Shown here one piece after another: positions 22,898 to 32,708 of a DNA stretch of 64,000 nucleotides. Position 1 is the stretch's first letter. Each line of letters opens with the position of its first letter. The position numbers were made by a program, and so were the translations under genes. The notes under the pieces are model-generated. The model was not told the origin of the DNA, ran no database searches, and saw only the letters and a list, made by a program, of their open reading frames with translations. Source of the DNA: a virus; the IMG/VR virus record IMGVR_UViG_3300044632_001319; one strand, written 5' to 3'.

Positions 22898-24234
22898 TGA
22901 ACAAAACAAAAATTGATGATGTGGTAGACTTCCTCAAGAAGTTTGCTGGTGATGACGGTATTCCAGTTATTAATGGAACCGATTGGGAAGAGATGAATAA
23001 TCTCTTTAAGAAAGAAGAAATTAAAGAGGGAATGGCAGAATATGTTTTAAAGTATTCTGTTTTATTTCCTTTTAGACATATTCCAATCGAAGATGTAGAA
23101 AAGAAATTTAAAGAACTTCGTGCTGCTCCACATATGGAGTTCATTATGCGTGATGCTGGAACTGTTACTGAAAAATACACTGATTACAAATATCCATACT
23201 CAACACATGGTAAGTTTGTAATCTCTTATGGTCATTATTTTAATGACATCAGTAATTATTATCAGCAACGAAATCGCTATGACTGTGGTTCACATGGATT
23301 TGTTTCTCCAAATGAATACTGGTATTCTCCAGATCTGCTTAAGAAGATGAACTGGACTTTCTGGAGAATGGAAGACCGTGGAATCAATCATGGAAAGATT
23401 CGCGGATCCTTCAGACTTGGGGCATATGTTGCTACACAATTCAAACCACAGGTAGCAAAGACCATCTTTGATTTTGTACAATCAAAGGTTAAGACCAGAA
23501 AGTTTTCTATTCTTGACTTCAGCATGGGGTGGGGTGATCGTCTTGCTGGATTCTATGCGTCAAGAGCAACGCACTATCTTGGAACAGATCCAAATCCAAG
23601 TGTGTTCCGAGTATACAAGGACCAATGTATCGCGTATGAGAAGATAATCTCTGGCAGAGATCCAATTATTACAGACTTTCAAAAGGAAGTAAACGGTCAC
23701 ATCTATGATGCGTTTAGATGCATTGGAGCATCAGGCAAAGAAATAATTGTATACAATGCTCCTGCTGAAGATATACTGGATGTTATCAAAGCAAACAAAT
23801 ATGATTGTATCTTTACATCACCACCATACTTCTCAACAGAATTGTATGATGAGGGTGGAGATGACTGGAAGCAATCATGGTTCCGTTATTCGGAGTATGA
23901 TAAGTGGTGGAATAAGTTTTACTCACCAGTTATGAAAGCATGTTTCGAATCATTGGAAGATCACGGATCGATGATGATCAATATCATGGATCCTCATGTG
24001 TATGGTAAACGATACAATACATGTGATCAGATGGTAGATTACATCAAGGGTCTTGGTGGAGTGTTCGACGGGCAGATTGGTATGAGAATCAAGCAACGAC
24101 CAAAGAACATTGATTCTGCTGAACTTAAGAAATATCTTGTCACAACTTTTATTGAAAACATTTGGTGTTTTTCAAAGAATGGATTTGACTTATCTCCAGG
24201 ATTTGCTACACTAGAGGGACTGTTCGGAGACTAA
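22897..24234 (+). CDS. Amino-type (m6A/m4C) DNA methyltransferase-like protein
   Basis: ILDFSMGWGDRL SAM motif, GTDPN, FTSPPYF catalytic motif. Confidence 0.75.
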   Translation: MNKTKIDDVVDFLKKFAGDDGIPVINGTDWEEMNNLFKKEEIKEGMAEYVLKYSVLFPFRHIPIEDVEKKFKELRAAPHMEFIMRDAGTVTEKYTDYKYPYSTHGKFVISYGHYFNDISNYYQQRNRYDCGSHGFVSPNEYWYSPDLLKKMNWTFWRMEDRGINHGKIRGSFRLGAYVATQFKPQVAKTIFDFVQSKVKTRKFSILDFSMGWGDRLAGFYASRATHYLGTDPNPSVFRVYKDQCIAYEKIISGRDPIITDFQKEVNGHIYDAFRCIGASGKEIIVYNAPAEDILDVIKANKYDCIFTSPPYFSTELYDEGGDDWKQSWFRYSEYDKWWNKFYSPVMKACFESLEDHGSMMINIMDPHVYGKRYNTCDQMVDYIKGLGGVFDGQIGMRIKQRPKNIDSAELKKYLVTTFIENIWCFSKNGFDLSPGFATLEGLFGD

Positions 24235-24235
24235 T

Positions 24236-24550
24236 ATGACCAAGGATGAACTTTTTAAATTACACGAAGAAATGTCTGCCGCTGCGCTTCTTCTCATGAA
24301 GAAAAAGAATGCAGATTATGCTGGTGGGGTGTCTGATCCCTTTGCTAATTTTCGACGCGCTGAAGCGTTAGGTGTTTGTTCTACTGAGCAAGCATTTCTT
24401 GTCAGGATGACTGATAAGATGTCTCGTCTTTCTTCCTTTGCAAAGAAAGGCACATTAGCAGTAGAAGATGAATCTGTACACGATACACTTCTTGATCTGA
24501 TCAACTATTCGGTTCTTCTTTCCGCCTACATCAAGTCAAACGTAAAATGA
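24236..24550 (+). CDS. Nucleotide-modification-associated helical protein (DUF1599/Nmad1-like)
   Basis: KKNADYAG..DPFANF, R..DK.SRL, ESV.DTL.DL.NY. Confidence 0.7.
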   Translation: MTKDELFKLHEEMSAAALLLMKKKNADYAGGVSDPFANFRRAEALGVCSTEQAFLVRMTDKMSRLSSFAKKGTLAVEDESVHDTLLDLINYSVLLSAYIKSNVK

Positions 24551-26025
24551 ATTTTTACACAAACGTTTTTTATAATTTTGATTCCATTCTTTATGCTGAG
24601 AAAGAGAATGGTGTAACAAAATACAGAAGTCAAAAATATGTTCCAAAGGTTTATCTCCCATCTAAAAAGAAAACTGATATTGTTTCGATTCATGGTGAAT
24701 CTCTGGCAGAAATGACATTTGATTCATATCAATCCTACAAGGAATTCAATGACAAGTATTCTGATGTTCCTGGGTTTGAAATTCATGGTGACATCCAAAC
24801 AGAATATCAATTTATTAATTCCAAGTATGGTACTGATGTACAATACGATTTTTCTAAAATCGATGTAATGTACATAGATATCGAAACGACCTCGGAAAAT
24901 GGTTGGCCTTCGATTGAGGATCCCCGTGAAAAAATCAATGTGATTACTCTGCTGTCAACGAGAACAGGAAGAGCGACTTTCTGTCTTGGAAAAGTAAAGT
25001 TGGCAGATATGTCTCGTATATACGAATACGATGACGAAGAAGAAATGCTCACGGCATTTCTTGATTATTTTGCAGCAAATTATCCTGATGTTGTTTCGGG
25101 ATGGAATATACGATTCTTCGATTTCCCATATCTCATCAGAAGAATCAAGCATTTGATGGGATTCAAAGCAGCAAAGAAACTTTCTCCATGGGGAATCGTC
25201 AAGGAGAAGTTTATTACTAGGAATGGAAACGAAGAACTGATGTATGACATAATCGGCATTTCTATGCTTGATTATTATGAAGTCTACAAGACATTCACAT
25301 ACACGAATCAGGAATCATATTCATTGAATCATATTTCTTATGTAGAACTGGGTGAGAAAAAACTTGGTTATGAAGAGTATGAAAGTTTGACTGAATTCTA
25401 TCGCAAGGACTTTTCTAAGTTTGTTCAGTATAACATTCGAGATGTTGAACTTGTTCAGAAGTTGGAAGAGAAACTAAAATTAATTGAACTGGCAATTGCT
25501 CTGGCATATTCAGCAGGAGTAAATTATCAGGATGTCTTCTCCCAAGTTCGTACATGGGATGTAATCATTTACAACACACTTAGCAACAAAGGAATTGCAA
25601 TTCCACCAAAGAAAAAGGGAAGAAAAGACGAGCAATATGCTGGTGGTTATGTAAAAGAACCACAAGTAGGTATGCACAAGTGGGTAGTATCCTTTGACTT
25701 GAATTCACTGTATCCGCATCTCATCATGCAGTACAATATCTCACCAGAAACAATCACAAAGGAAAGTGTTCGTGGTGTGGTATCACCCGAAGGCGTACTA
25801 AAAAGAGGTTCAGTGACAATGGGTGTTCTTGAAGATAACAAGAAGAGAAATGTATCAACTGCTGCTAATGGAACTACCTATAGAAAAGATGTGCGTGGAT
25901 TCTTGCCAGAACTTATGGATCAAATGTATAAAGATCGTAAAATGTTCAAGAACAAAATGATTGATGCCAAAAAGAATCTGGAAGATATCAACGCAGAAAT
26001 GAAGCGAAGGGGCTTGACAAAGTAA
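24547..26025 (+). CDS. gp43: B-family DNA polymerase, N-terminal subunit (gp43A: exonuclease, palm motif A, first finger helix)
   Basis: YIDIET, VVSGWNIRFFD, YNIRDV, SFDLNSLYPHLIMQYNISPET; ends ...EMKRRGLTK. Confidence 0.95.
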   Translation: MNFYTNVFYNFDSILYAEKENGVTKYRSQKYVPKVYLPSKKKTDIVSIHGESLAEMTFDSYQSYKEFNDKYSDVPGFEIHGDIQTEYQFINSKYGTDVQYDFSKIDVMYIDIETTSENGWPSIEDPREKINVITLLSTRTGRATFCLGKVKLADMSRIYEYDDEEEMLTAFLDYFAANYPDVVSGWNIRFFDFPYLIRRIKHLMGFKAAKKLSPWGIVKEKFITRNGNEELMYDIIGISMLDYYEVYKTFTYTNQESYSLNHISYVELGEKKLGYEEYESLTEFYRKDFSKFVQYNIRDVELVQKLEEKLKLIELAIALAYSAGVNYQDVFSQVRTWDVIIYNTLSNKGIAIPPKKKGRKDEQYAGGYVKEPQVGMHKWVVSFDLNSLYPHLIMQYNISPETITKESVRGVVSPEGVLKRGSVTMGVLEDNKKRNVSTAANGTTYRKDVRGFLPELMDQMYKDRKMFKNKMIDAKKNLEDINAEMKRRGLTK

Positions 26026-26041
26026 AGTTTAATGGTATACT
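26014..26041 (+). promoter_or_regulatory. sigma70-type promoter TTGACA-N16-TATACT with extended -10 (leaderless)
   Basis: TTGACA 26014-19, TG.TATACT 26033-41, ATG 6 nt downstream. Confidence 0.75.
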
Positions 26042-26047
26042 ATACCT

Positions 26048-26587
26048 ATGGAAACGAGGAACGTGATTGACCACTACCATTATTGGAAGCATGAAGCGAT
26101 CATCGCAGACCTTGATGCAAAGCGGAATAATTTTACCGTTGTTTGTAGCAATCTTTATAATGACTTCAATATTGCTACAGTTATTCGTAACGCGAATGCG
26201 TTTCTTTCTAAGCAAGTAATCCTTTATGGAGCAAAGCAGTATGATCGCCGTGGCACTGTAGGCACACATCATTACACACATTTCAAGCACGCCAAGACCT
26301 TTGTTGAACTGGAAGATCAGATCAAGATAATTCGTGGATCTTACGGAACAGTCAAAGTAATTGGCATAGATAATGTGCCAGGTGCTACGGCAATTGACGA
26401 GTTTGTATGGGACTCAAATACACATTATGTTCTAGCGTTTGGTCAGGAACAAGTTGGTCTACCCGCAGAAATCCTTGACATCTGCGACCAAGTATTGTAC
26501 ATTAAACAGTATGGAAGTGTCAGGAGTCTGAATGTAGGAACCGCGAGTGGTATCGCAATGTACGCACTCGCAAGTAATGTGTTTTAA
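26048..26587 (+). CDS. SPOUT (SpoU/TrmH/TrmL family) RNA 2'-O-methyltransferase
   Basis: N.ATVIRNANAF motif 1, LAFGQEQVGL motif 2, IKQYGSVRSLNVGTASGIAMY motif 3. Confidence 0.9.
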   Translation: METRNVIDHYHYWKHEAIIADLDAKRNNFTVVCSNLYNDFNIATVIRNANAFLSKQVILYGAKQYDRRGTVGTHHYTHFKHAKTFVELEDQIKIIRGSYGTVKVIGIDNVPGATAIDEFVWDSNTHYVLAFGQEQVGLPAEILDICDQVLYIKQYGSVRSLNVGTASGIAMYALASNVF

Positions 26588-26658
26588 TATCCCGTGGTGA
26601 AACGGTATCACAGGAGACTTTGGTTCTCTTTTTCCTAGTTCGAATCTAGGCGGGGTAG
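26588..26658 (+). tRNA. tRNA-Gln(UUG)
   Basis: Acceptor TATCCCG/CGGGGTA, anticodon arm GGAGA-CT TTG GT-TCTCT, T-loop GTTCGAAT; no encoded CCA. Confidence 0.9.
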
Positions 26659-26661
26659 TTC

Positions 26662-26745
26662 GGGATTGTGGCGGAACAGGCAGACGCAACAGACTTAAAA
26701 TCTGTCGATCAATTGATCGTGTGGGTTCGATTCCCACCATTCCCA
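26662..26745 (+). tRNA. tRNA-Leu(UAA)
   Basis: GGCGGAACAGGCAGACGC D-arm, ACAGA-CT TAA AA-TCTGT, long variable arm, GGTTCGATTCCC, A73. Confidence 0.92.
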
Positions 26746-26749
26746 TTAC

Positions 26750-26831
26750 ACCAATGTGGCGGAACTGGCAGACGCGGTGGATTCAAAATCCATTGCCTTA
26801 TGGCATGTGGGTTCGATTCCCACCTTTGGTA
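26750..26831 (+). tRNA. tRNA-Leu(CAA)
   Basis: ACCAATG/CTTTGGT acceptor, GTGGA-TT CAA AA-TCCAT, variable arm TGCC TTAT GGCA, GGTTCGATTCCC, A73. Confidence 0.92.
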
Positions 26832-26851
26832 TTATGAAACTAGAAGACACA

Positions 26852-27484
26852 ATGAAGACACTAATCGCAACAGCATTTATCGCAACGGCAGCACACGCAA
26901 ATCTCACACTCACATTTGAGGATCTGCCTGAGCCTACAGTACCTTCCTCAAACGTTGAGTTCGTGGTTGCAAGTCCTATCGGAGATTACCAAGGATTTCA
27001 GTTCTTGAGCAATCTCGTCGTTCCTGCATCGAATCCCGAATGGCAACCATTCTCAGGACGATGGGCATACTACGACATCAAGGATGTGGACTTCGGCGGC
27101 TACGACGATGGGCTCGTCGGTGACCGTGCGCTATTCACCCCCTATGGGTCGGACGCTGCCAATGGGTTTAGAATCAGTCGAGACGAACTTTGGAGGTTTG
27201 TCGGTGCGGACATCACCGCTGCATGGATTGACCTTGACTTGACTCTCACAGGATATCGGGATGGTTCGGTTGTATGGAGCCGCACTCTGTCGATCCCTTC
27301 TATGGTGAGAACAAGGCTAGAGTTCGATGAAGTAGCCATTGATACCTTGAAGATCTCAGGGTTTTCTCCTAACTCGCCCATCAACCATTTCATCCTCGAC
27401 AATTTCTCTTACGAGATCGTTCCCACACCATCGGCACTTGCTCTGCTTGCGGTTGCTGGTGTGATCCGAAGGCGGCGACGATAA
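26852..27484 (+). CDS. Secreted PEP-CTERM (PTP variant) sorting-domain protein
   Basis: Signal peptide MKTLIATAFIATAAHA, LTFEDL start, C-terminal ILDNF...VPTPSALALLAVAGVIRRRRR; the listed start at 26756 lies inside the tRNA, so was moved. Confidence 0.85.
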   Translation: MKTLIATAFIATAAHANLTLTFEDLPEPTVPSSNVEFVVASPIGDYQGFQFLSNLVVPASNPEWQPFSGRWAYYDIKDVDFGGYDDGLVGDRALFTPYGSDAANGFRISRDELWRFVGADITAAWIDLDLTLTGYRDGSVVWSRTLSIPSMVRTRLEFDEVAIDTLKISGFSPNSPINHFILDNFSYEIVPTPSALALLAVAGVIRRRRR

Positions 27485-27729
27485 TGTACGGAATCATTAC
27501 TGAAACAAACCAATTTGTGTCAGATAACCTAGTAGACTCTTCGGGAGAACCCCGCAAGGGTCTTCTTGTTTTTAAGAAGAAATCAAATGCGGTAACGGAA
27601 GCAGAAAGTCTAAACGAAATTCGCAAGAGAATGAAAATATCTCACTGCTATTCTGTCCAAAAGGCAACACCCGAGGATGTTCCAGAGTGTGGTATTATTT
27701 TAGATGGGTCATGGAAACAAAACTTATAA
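27484..27729 (+). CDS. Hypothetical protein
   Basis: 81-aa ORF coupled by TAATG overlap. Confidence 0.55.
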   Translation: MYGIITETNQFVSDNLVDSSGEPRKGLLVFKKKSNAVTEAESLNEIRKRMKISHCYSVQKATPEDVPECGIILDGSWKQNL

Positions 27730-27732
27730 ATA
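27725..27732 (+). promoter_or_regulatory. T4-type late promoter TATAAATA
   Basis: Exact consensus upstream of the ORF at 27751. Confidence 0.7.
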
Positions 27733-27750
27733 AACCAGAGGGACAAACTT

Positions 27751-28110
27751 ATGGAATGTATTACTAAATTATTAACGCTTCAGAATCAACTTCGTATTCA
27801 TCATTGGCAAACCCCATCCTATGCCGAGCACAAGGCATTAGGTAAAGCCTACGAGGGATTAGACGATCTTATCGATACCTTTGTCGAAACATACATGGGA
27901 AAGTATGGAAAAGATACTGAGCAACACAGAGGCATTGAACTTAAGGGATACGAAACTGCACATCCAATGCCAGTTATAAAATATTTTGAAGATTATTTGA
28001 CCAACGAACTTCCATCCGATTTGTCAGAAGAGGATACAGATCTTTTGAATATTCGAGATGAAATGCTAGGTTTACTCAATCAGACAAAGTATCTGTTGAC
28101 ACTTCATTGA
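27751..28110 (+). CDS. Ferritin/Dps-like four-helix protein (DUF5856-like)
   Basis: HHWQT.SYAEHKALG..Y..LDDLID.FVE..MG, DLLNIRDEM....NQTKYLLTL. Confidence 0.75.
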   Translation: MECITKLLTLQNQLRIHHWQTPSYAEHKALGKAYEGLDDLIDTFVETYMGKYGKDTEQHRGIELKGYETAHPMPVIKYFEDYLTNELPSDLSEEDTDLLNIRDEMLGLLNQTKYLLTLH

Positions 28111-28123
28111 TTTGTGATATACT
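28096..28123 (+). promoter_or_regulatory. sigma70-type promoter TTGACA-N16-TATACT (leaderless, for gp43B)
   Basis: TTGACA 28096-101, TG.TATACT 28115-23, ATG 6 nt downstream at 28130. Confidence 0.75.
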
Positions 28124-28129
28124 TTTATT

Positions 28130-29275
28130 ATGGATTTGAAATCTCTTTCTAATGATGAATTGTTGAAACTTAAAAGACAAGCAGAACTTGATATTTCCAA
28201 ATATCATAACTTTCAGTTGGTTCGTAAGATTCAATTGAACTCTGCTTACGGTGCAATAGGCAACCAATATTTCAGATATTATTCAACTGAACTCGCAGAG
28301 GCAATCACTCTGTCGGGTCAGTTGTCTATTCAATGGATTGGTCAGGAATTGAATAAGTATCTGAATAAAGTAGTAAAGACAGAAGATGTTGATTATGTAA
28401 TTTCCTCAGATACAGATTCGGTCTATCTTCGATTGGATGTGTTGGTGGAGAAAGCATTCCCAAACAAGGGAATGGTTGATGGCAAACCTGTCCCTCCTCC
28501 CGATACCAAGAATGTAGTGAACTTTCTTGATAAGTCAGCAGAAGAATTGCTTCTTCCGTTCATCGACAAGAAGTTTAAGGAACTTGCCGATCTTACAAAT
28601 GCCTATGAAAATAAAATGCAGATGGGTCGAGAGGTTATTGCTGACAAGGGAATTTGGACTGCGAAGAAAAGATACATGTTGAATGTGTGGGATTCTGAAG
28701 GTGTACGATATGCAGAACCCAAACTCAAGATCATGGGCATTGAAACAACTCGCTCATCGACTCCCGAATTTGTTCGCAAGCATTTGAAGACTGCGATCAA
28801 TATTACAATGAATGGGACCGAAAGCGATATGGTTGACTTTGTTGAGAAATGTCGTCAGGAATTTTATTCCTTGCCCCCAGAGGATATTGCATTTCCCCGA
28901 AGCGTCAATGGCATGGACAAATATGCGGATCGGGAATCGATTTATAAAAAATCAACACCAATCGCTGTCAAAGGTGCTTTGATCTATAATCATTATCTCA
29001 ATCAATTTAAGATCAGCAAGAAATATCGCAATATCCGAGAAGGTGACAAAATTAAATTTCTTATGCTCAAGAAACCAAATCCTCTTGGTGGATCAATAGG
29101 AGAAGATCAAGTAATTTCATTTCCTAATGTTCTTCCAAAGGAATTTAAACTTGAAGGATATATTGATTTTAAAACTCAGTTTGAGAAATCATTTATTGAT
29201 CCATTGACTGCCATCCTAGATACTATTGGTTGGTCAACAGAGAAGAAAAATACACTAGAAAATTTATTCGGTTGA
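28130..29275 (+). CDS. gp43: B-family DNA polymerase, C-terminal subunit (gp43B: second finger helix, motifs B/C, thumb, clamp-binding tail)
   Basis: [40 protein letters not shown]-terminal TLENLFG. Confidence 0.95.
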   Translation: MDLKSLSNDELLKLKRQAELDISKYHNFQLVRKIQLNSAYGAIGNQYFRYYSTELAEAITLSGQLSIQWIGQELNKYLNKVVKTEDVDYVISSDTDSVYLRLDVLVEKAFPNKGMVDGKPVPPPDTKNVVNFLDKSAEELLLPFIDKKFKELADLTNAYENKMQMGREVIADKGIWTAKKRYMLNVWDSEGVRYAEPKLKIMGIETTRSSTPEFVRKHLKTAINITMNGTESDMVDFVEKCRQEFYSLPPEDIAFPRSVNGMDKYADRESIYKKSTPIAVKGALIYNHYLNQFKISKKYRNIREGDKIKFLMLKKPNPLGGSIGEDQVISFPNVLPKEFKLEGYIDFKTQFEKSFIDPLTAILDTIGWSTEKKNTLENLFG

Positions 29276-29285
29276 AAGGAATATT

Positions 29286-30335
29286 ATGAGTGACTTTTTA
29301 TCATCGATGGTTAAATCATCAGGAAACAAATATGCATCATTGGTTAGTGACGGTCTTGAAGGATCAGATGTCAGTGGATTTGTAGACACTGGAACTTATC
29401 TTCTCAACGGATTGCTGAGTGGAAGTATCTATTCTGGAATGCCTGGTAACAAAATCCTTGCACTTGCTGGGGAATCTTCTACAGGTAAAACTTACTTTAC
29501 TCTATCTATTGTATCCAAGTTTCTAAGAGACAATCCAGAAGCAGTTGTTCTGTACTTTGATTCAGAGCAAGCAGTCACTTCTGAGATGTTCAAGAATCGT
29601 GGCATCGATCCAAAGCGAATTGCAGTATTTCCTGTATCGACTGTAGAAGAGTTTCGTCATCAGGCAATCACGATTGTTGATAAGTATCTTGAACTTCCAA
29701 AGGATGATCGTAAACCAACTATGATTGTTCTTGATTCTCTTGGTATGTTGTCAACATCCAAAGAGATGAACGATACTGCCGAAGGCAAGGAAACGCGAGA
29801 TATGACTCGCGCACAAATTGTGAAGTCAACTTTCCGTGTACTTACAGTCAAACTTGGCATCGCAAAGATTCCAATGATCATGACGAATCATACTTATCAA
29901 GTCGTTGGTGCTTATGTCCCAATGTCTGAGATGGGTGGTGGTACAGGTCTTAAGTATGCAGCATCAACTATTGTTTATCTTTCGAAGAAGAAAGATAAGA
30001 ATTCCGATGGTGAAGTTGTTGGTAACATTGTTCATTGTAAACTTTACAAGGGTAGGTTTACCAAGGAAAATAAACAAATCGATGTTCGTCTAAATTATGA
30101 CACTGGTCTTGATCCATATTATGGTCTTGTAGAAATTGCTGTAAATGCTGGTATATTTAAGAAAAATTCAACACGAATTGAATTGCCAGATGGAAGTAAA
30201 GTATTTGAAAAGACCATCTATGATAATCCTGAAAAGTATTTTACCAAGGATGTTCTTGATCTGATCGACAAGGCAGTGTATACTGAGTTTAGTTACGGCG
30301 CAGACTCTGTAACTAACGAGGATGAAAATGACTGA
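29286..30335 (+). CDS. uvsX: UvsX/RecA-like recombinase
   Basis: AGESSTGKT Walker [25 protein letters not shown]. Confidence 0.92.
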   Translation: MSDFLSSMVKSSGNKYASLVSDGLEGSDVSGFVDTGTYLLNGLLSGSIYSGMPGNKILALAGESSTGKTYFTLSIVSKFLRDNPEAVVLYFDSEQAVTSEMFKNRGIDPKRIAVFPVSTVEEFRHQAITIVDKYLELPKDDRKPTMIVLDSLGMLSTSKEMNDTAEGKETRDMTRAQIVKSTFRVLTVKLGIAKIPMIMTNHTYQVVGAYVPMSEMGGGTGLKYAASTIVYLSKKKDKNSDGEVVGNIVHCKLYKGRFTKENKQIDVRLNYDTGLDPYYGLVEIAVNAGIFKKNSTRIELPDGSKVFEKTIYDNPEKYFTKDVLDLIDKAVYTEFSYGADSVTNEDEND

Positions 30336-31713
30336 TGTTGAAAAACTAATTCTTCACAATCTACTTAAAAACGAAACGTATTCTAGAAAAGTCACTCCCT
30401 TTATCAAAAGGGAGTATTTTCATGATCGTAGTGTTCGTTTTGTATATGAAACTATTAATGACTTTATAATCAAATACAACAATCTTCCCACAAAGGAAGC
30501 GTTGTATATTCTTCTGGATAAAAACAAAAGCATAACTCAAGAGGAGATGAAGCGTGTCGTTGGTATCGTTGAGCAAATCTCGAACAATCAAGAATTATGT
30601 GATGCGGAATGGTTGCTCAACGAGACAGAAAATTTCTGTAAAGACAAAGCGGTTTACAATGCCATTATGGAGTCGATTCAGATTATCGATGGCAAGACCC
30701 AGCAGTCTCAAGGATCTATTCCAGATATTTTGTCAAAGGCACTAGCAGTCTCCTTCGACGTTCATATCGGTCATGACTATATCGAAGACTACAATGAGCG
30801 ATATGATTTCTATCATGCAAAGGAAAAGCGAATCGCATTTGATCTTGACTTCTTCAATCAAATCACGAATGGTGGAACACCAACAAAAACATTGAACATT
30901 GTCATGGCAGGGACTGGAGTTGGTAAATCTTTGTTCCTATGTCACCATGCAGCAAATTGTTTGAAGCAAAATCAAAATGTTCTTTACATAACATGTGAAA
31001 TGGCAGAGGAAAGAATTGCTGAGAGAATAGATGCAAATCTATTGGATGTGAGTCTAGATAATCTTCGTGAACTTCCTAAGAGTGTATATGAAAGCAAGAT
31101 GAAGACTCTAGGTTCGGGTGTTCGTGGTAAGTTAATTATCAAGGAATATCCAACAGCAACTGCAAATGTCAATCATTTTAGATTTCTTCTTGATGAATTG
31201 AATCTCAAGAGAAAATTCAAACCAGATGTGATCTTTGTGGATTATTTGAACATTTGTGCTTCTGCTAGACTTAAGAGTGGCAATAATGTAAATTCATACA
31301 CATATGTAAAGTCCATAGCAGAAGAACTAAGAGGTCTTGCAGTCGAGTATGGTGTTCCTTTGTTCAGTGCAACACAGACTACACGATCTGGATATTCCAG
31401 CACCGATGTTGGTCTTGAAGATACATCTGAGTCATTCGGTCTTCCTGCAACTGCTGACTTTATGATTGCTTTGATTTCTACTGAAGAACTAGCAGAAGCA
31501 AATCAAATCATGGTAAAGCAATTGAAGAATCGCTATAATGACACTGCAACAAATCGTAAATTTATTCTAGGAATCAATCGTTCCAAGATGAAAGTTTTCG
31601 ATATCAAGAAAGAAGATGCATCTATTATTCCTGCTTCAAACAAGCAGATTCAGATGACTGCTTCTAGCAAATCATTCACAAAGGCAAATGATATAGATAC
31701 CTGGAAATTCTAA
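30328..31713 (+). CDS. gp41: Replicative DNA helicase (gp41, DnaB-like)
   Basis: [66 protein letters not shown]. Confidence 0.95.
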   Translation: MTDVEKLILHNLLKNETYSRKVTPFIKREYFHDRSVRFVYETINDFIIKYNNLPTKEALYILLDKNKSITQEEMKRVVGIVEQISNNQELCDAEWLLNETENFCKDKAVYNAIMESIQIIDGKTQQSQGSIPDILSKALAVSFDVHIGHDYIEDYNERYDFYHAKEKRIAFDLDFFNQITNGGTPTKTLNIVMAGTGVGKSLFLCHHAANCLKQNQNVLYITCEMAEERIAERIDANLLDVSLDNLRELPKSVYESKMKTLGSGVRGKLIIKEYPTATANVNHFRFLLDELNLKRKFKPDVIFVDYLNICASARLKSGNNVNSYTYVKSIAEELRGLAVEYGVPLFSATQTTRSGYSSTDVGLEDTSESFGLPATADFMIALISTEELAEANQIMVKQLKNRYNDTATNRKFILGINRSKMKVFDIKKEDASIIPASNKQIQMTASSKSFTKANDIDTWKF

Positions 31714-32708
31714 TGTCGCTTTATATCGATAAGAAATATGTAAATCTAGTATCTACTTCCCTTGAGAAGTTTAAATGGAAGAAGGTAAATCTTGCTAACT
31801 GCCGTTGTCCGTTGTGTGGGGATTCCGAAACAAATAAAAACAAAGCGAGAGGTTATTTTTTCAGCAATAATGATAACTATTTTTATAAGTGTCATAATTG
31901 TGGGATTTCATATAACATTTATAAGTTTCTTGAAATAATTTCTCCTTCCTTGTTCAAGCAATATTGTTTGGAAACATTTACAGACAAGGATATCAAATTT
32001 GTAAATGAAGAAGAACCAATTGCACATAGCAAACCAAGACCAGATACACTCATATCTTCATATAAAATAATAGATTCTTTATCGAATGATCATAAGGCAA
32101 TTCAATTTCTAGAATCTAGAAAGATACCAAAGAATCAGTGGGGTAAATTTGCATATACAGAACATTTTAGTAAATTTGCCAAAGAGATAAGTGCTGATTA
32201 TGATCTAATTGATGATGAAAGAATGTTGATACTCATACACGATGAGCACAATAAACTCATTGGTGTTCAAGGTAGATCATTTGGAAATGTAAAACCAAAG
32301 TACATCACCCTCAAGACTGATGAAAAGATTAAGTTGGTTTATGGATTGAATCGAATCGATAAAAGCAAACCAATTTTTGTTGTAGAAGGGCCTATAGATA
32401 GCATGTTCTTGAACAATTCAATTGCTTGTCTTGGGATAGGAAACTTCATAGAAGTCAGAAAAATGTTTCCAAATGAAGATCTAATTTTTATAGTAGATAA
32501 TGAACCTAGAAGTAGAACAGTTGCATTGACCATGAAAACACTAATTGAGAATAATGAAAAAATTTGTATTTTTCCAAGCAGTGTAAAAGAAAAAGATATA
32601 AATGATATGGTGTTGCAAGGAATTGATGTACATGGTATGATTAGTGAAAGCGTGTATCGGGGACCATCTGCTATGATGGCATATAATGCTTGGAGGAAAT
32701 GCACATGA
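31713..32708 (+). CDS. gp61: DNA primase (gp61)
   Basis: RCPLCGDS...YKCHNCG zinc finger, VVEGPIDSMF, DNEPR, KDINDM TOPRIM. Confidence 0.93.
   Translation: MSLYIDKKYVNLVSTSLEKFKWKKVNLANCRCPLCGDSETNKNKARGYFFSNNDNYFYKCHNCGISYNIYKFLEIISPSLFKQYCLETFTDKDIKFVNEEEPIAHSKPRPDTLISSYKIIDSLSNDHKAIQFLESRKIPKNQWGKFAYTEHFSKFAKEISADYDLIDDERMLILIHDEHNKLIGVQGRSFGNVKPKYITLKTDEKIKLVYGLNRIDKSKPIFVVEGPIDSMFLNNSIACLGIGNFIEVRKMFPNEDLIFIVDNEPRSRTVALTMKTLIENNEKICIFPSSVKEKDINDMVLQGIDVHGMISESVYRGPSAMMAYNAWRKCT

Noticed and set aside
26459-26919. ORFs 26459-26746(-), 26668-26919(+) and the 26756 start of the PEP-CTERM ORF
   Set aside because: They overlap clear tRNA genes and are shadow translations of tRNA sequence
25900-28260. 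Split intein or group I intron joining the two gp43 halves
   Set aside because: No Cys/Ser-initiated intein N-block after gp43A. The HN in gp43B (KYHNFQ) is followed by Phe and sits at a native finger-helix position. The gap is filled with ordinary genes and promoters.
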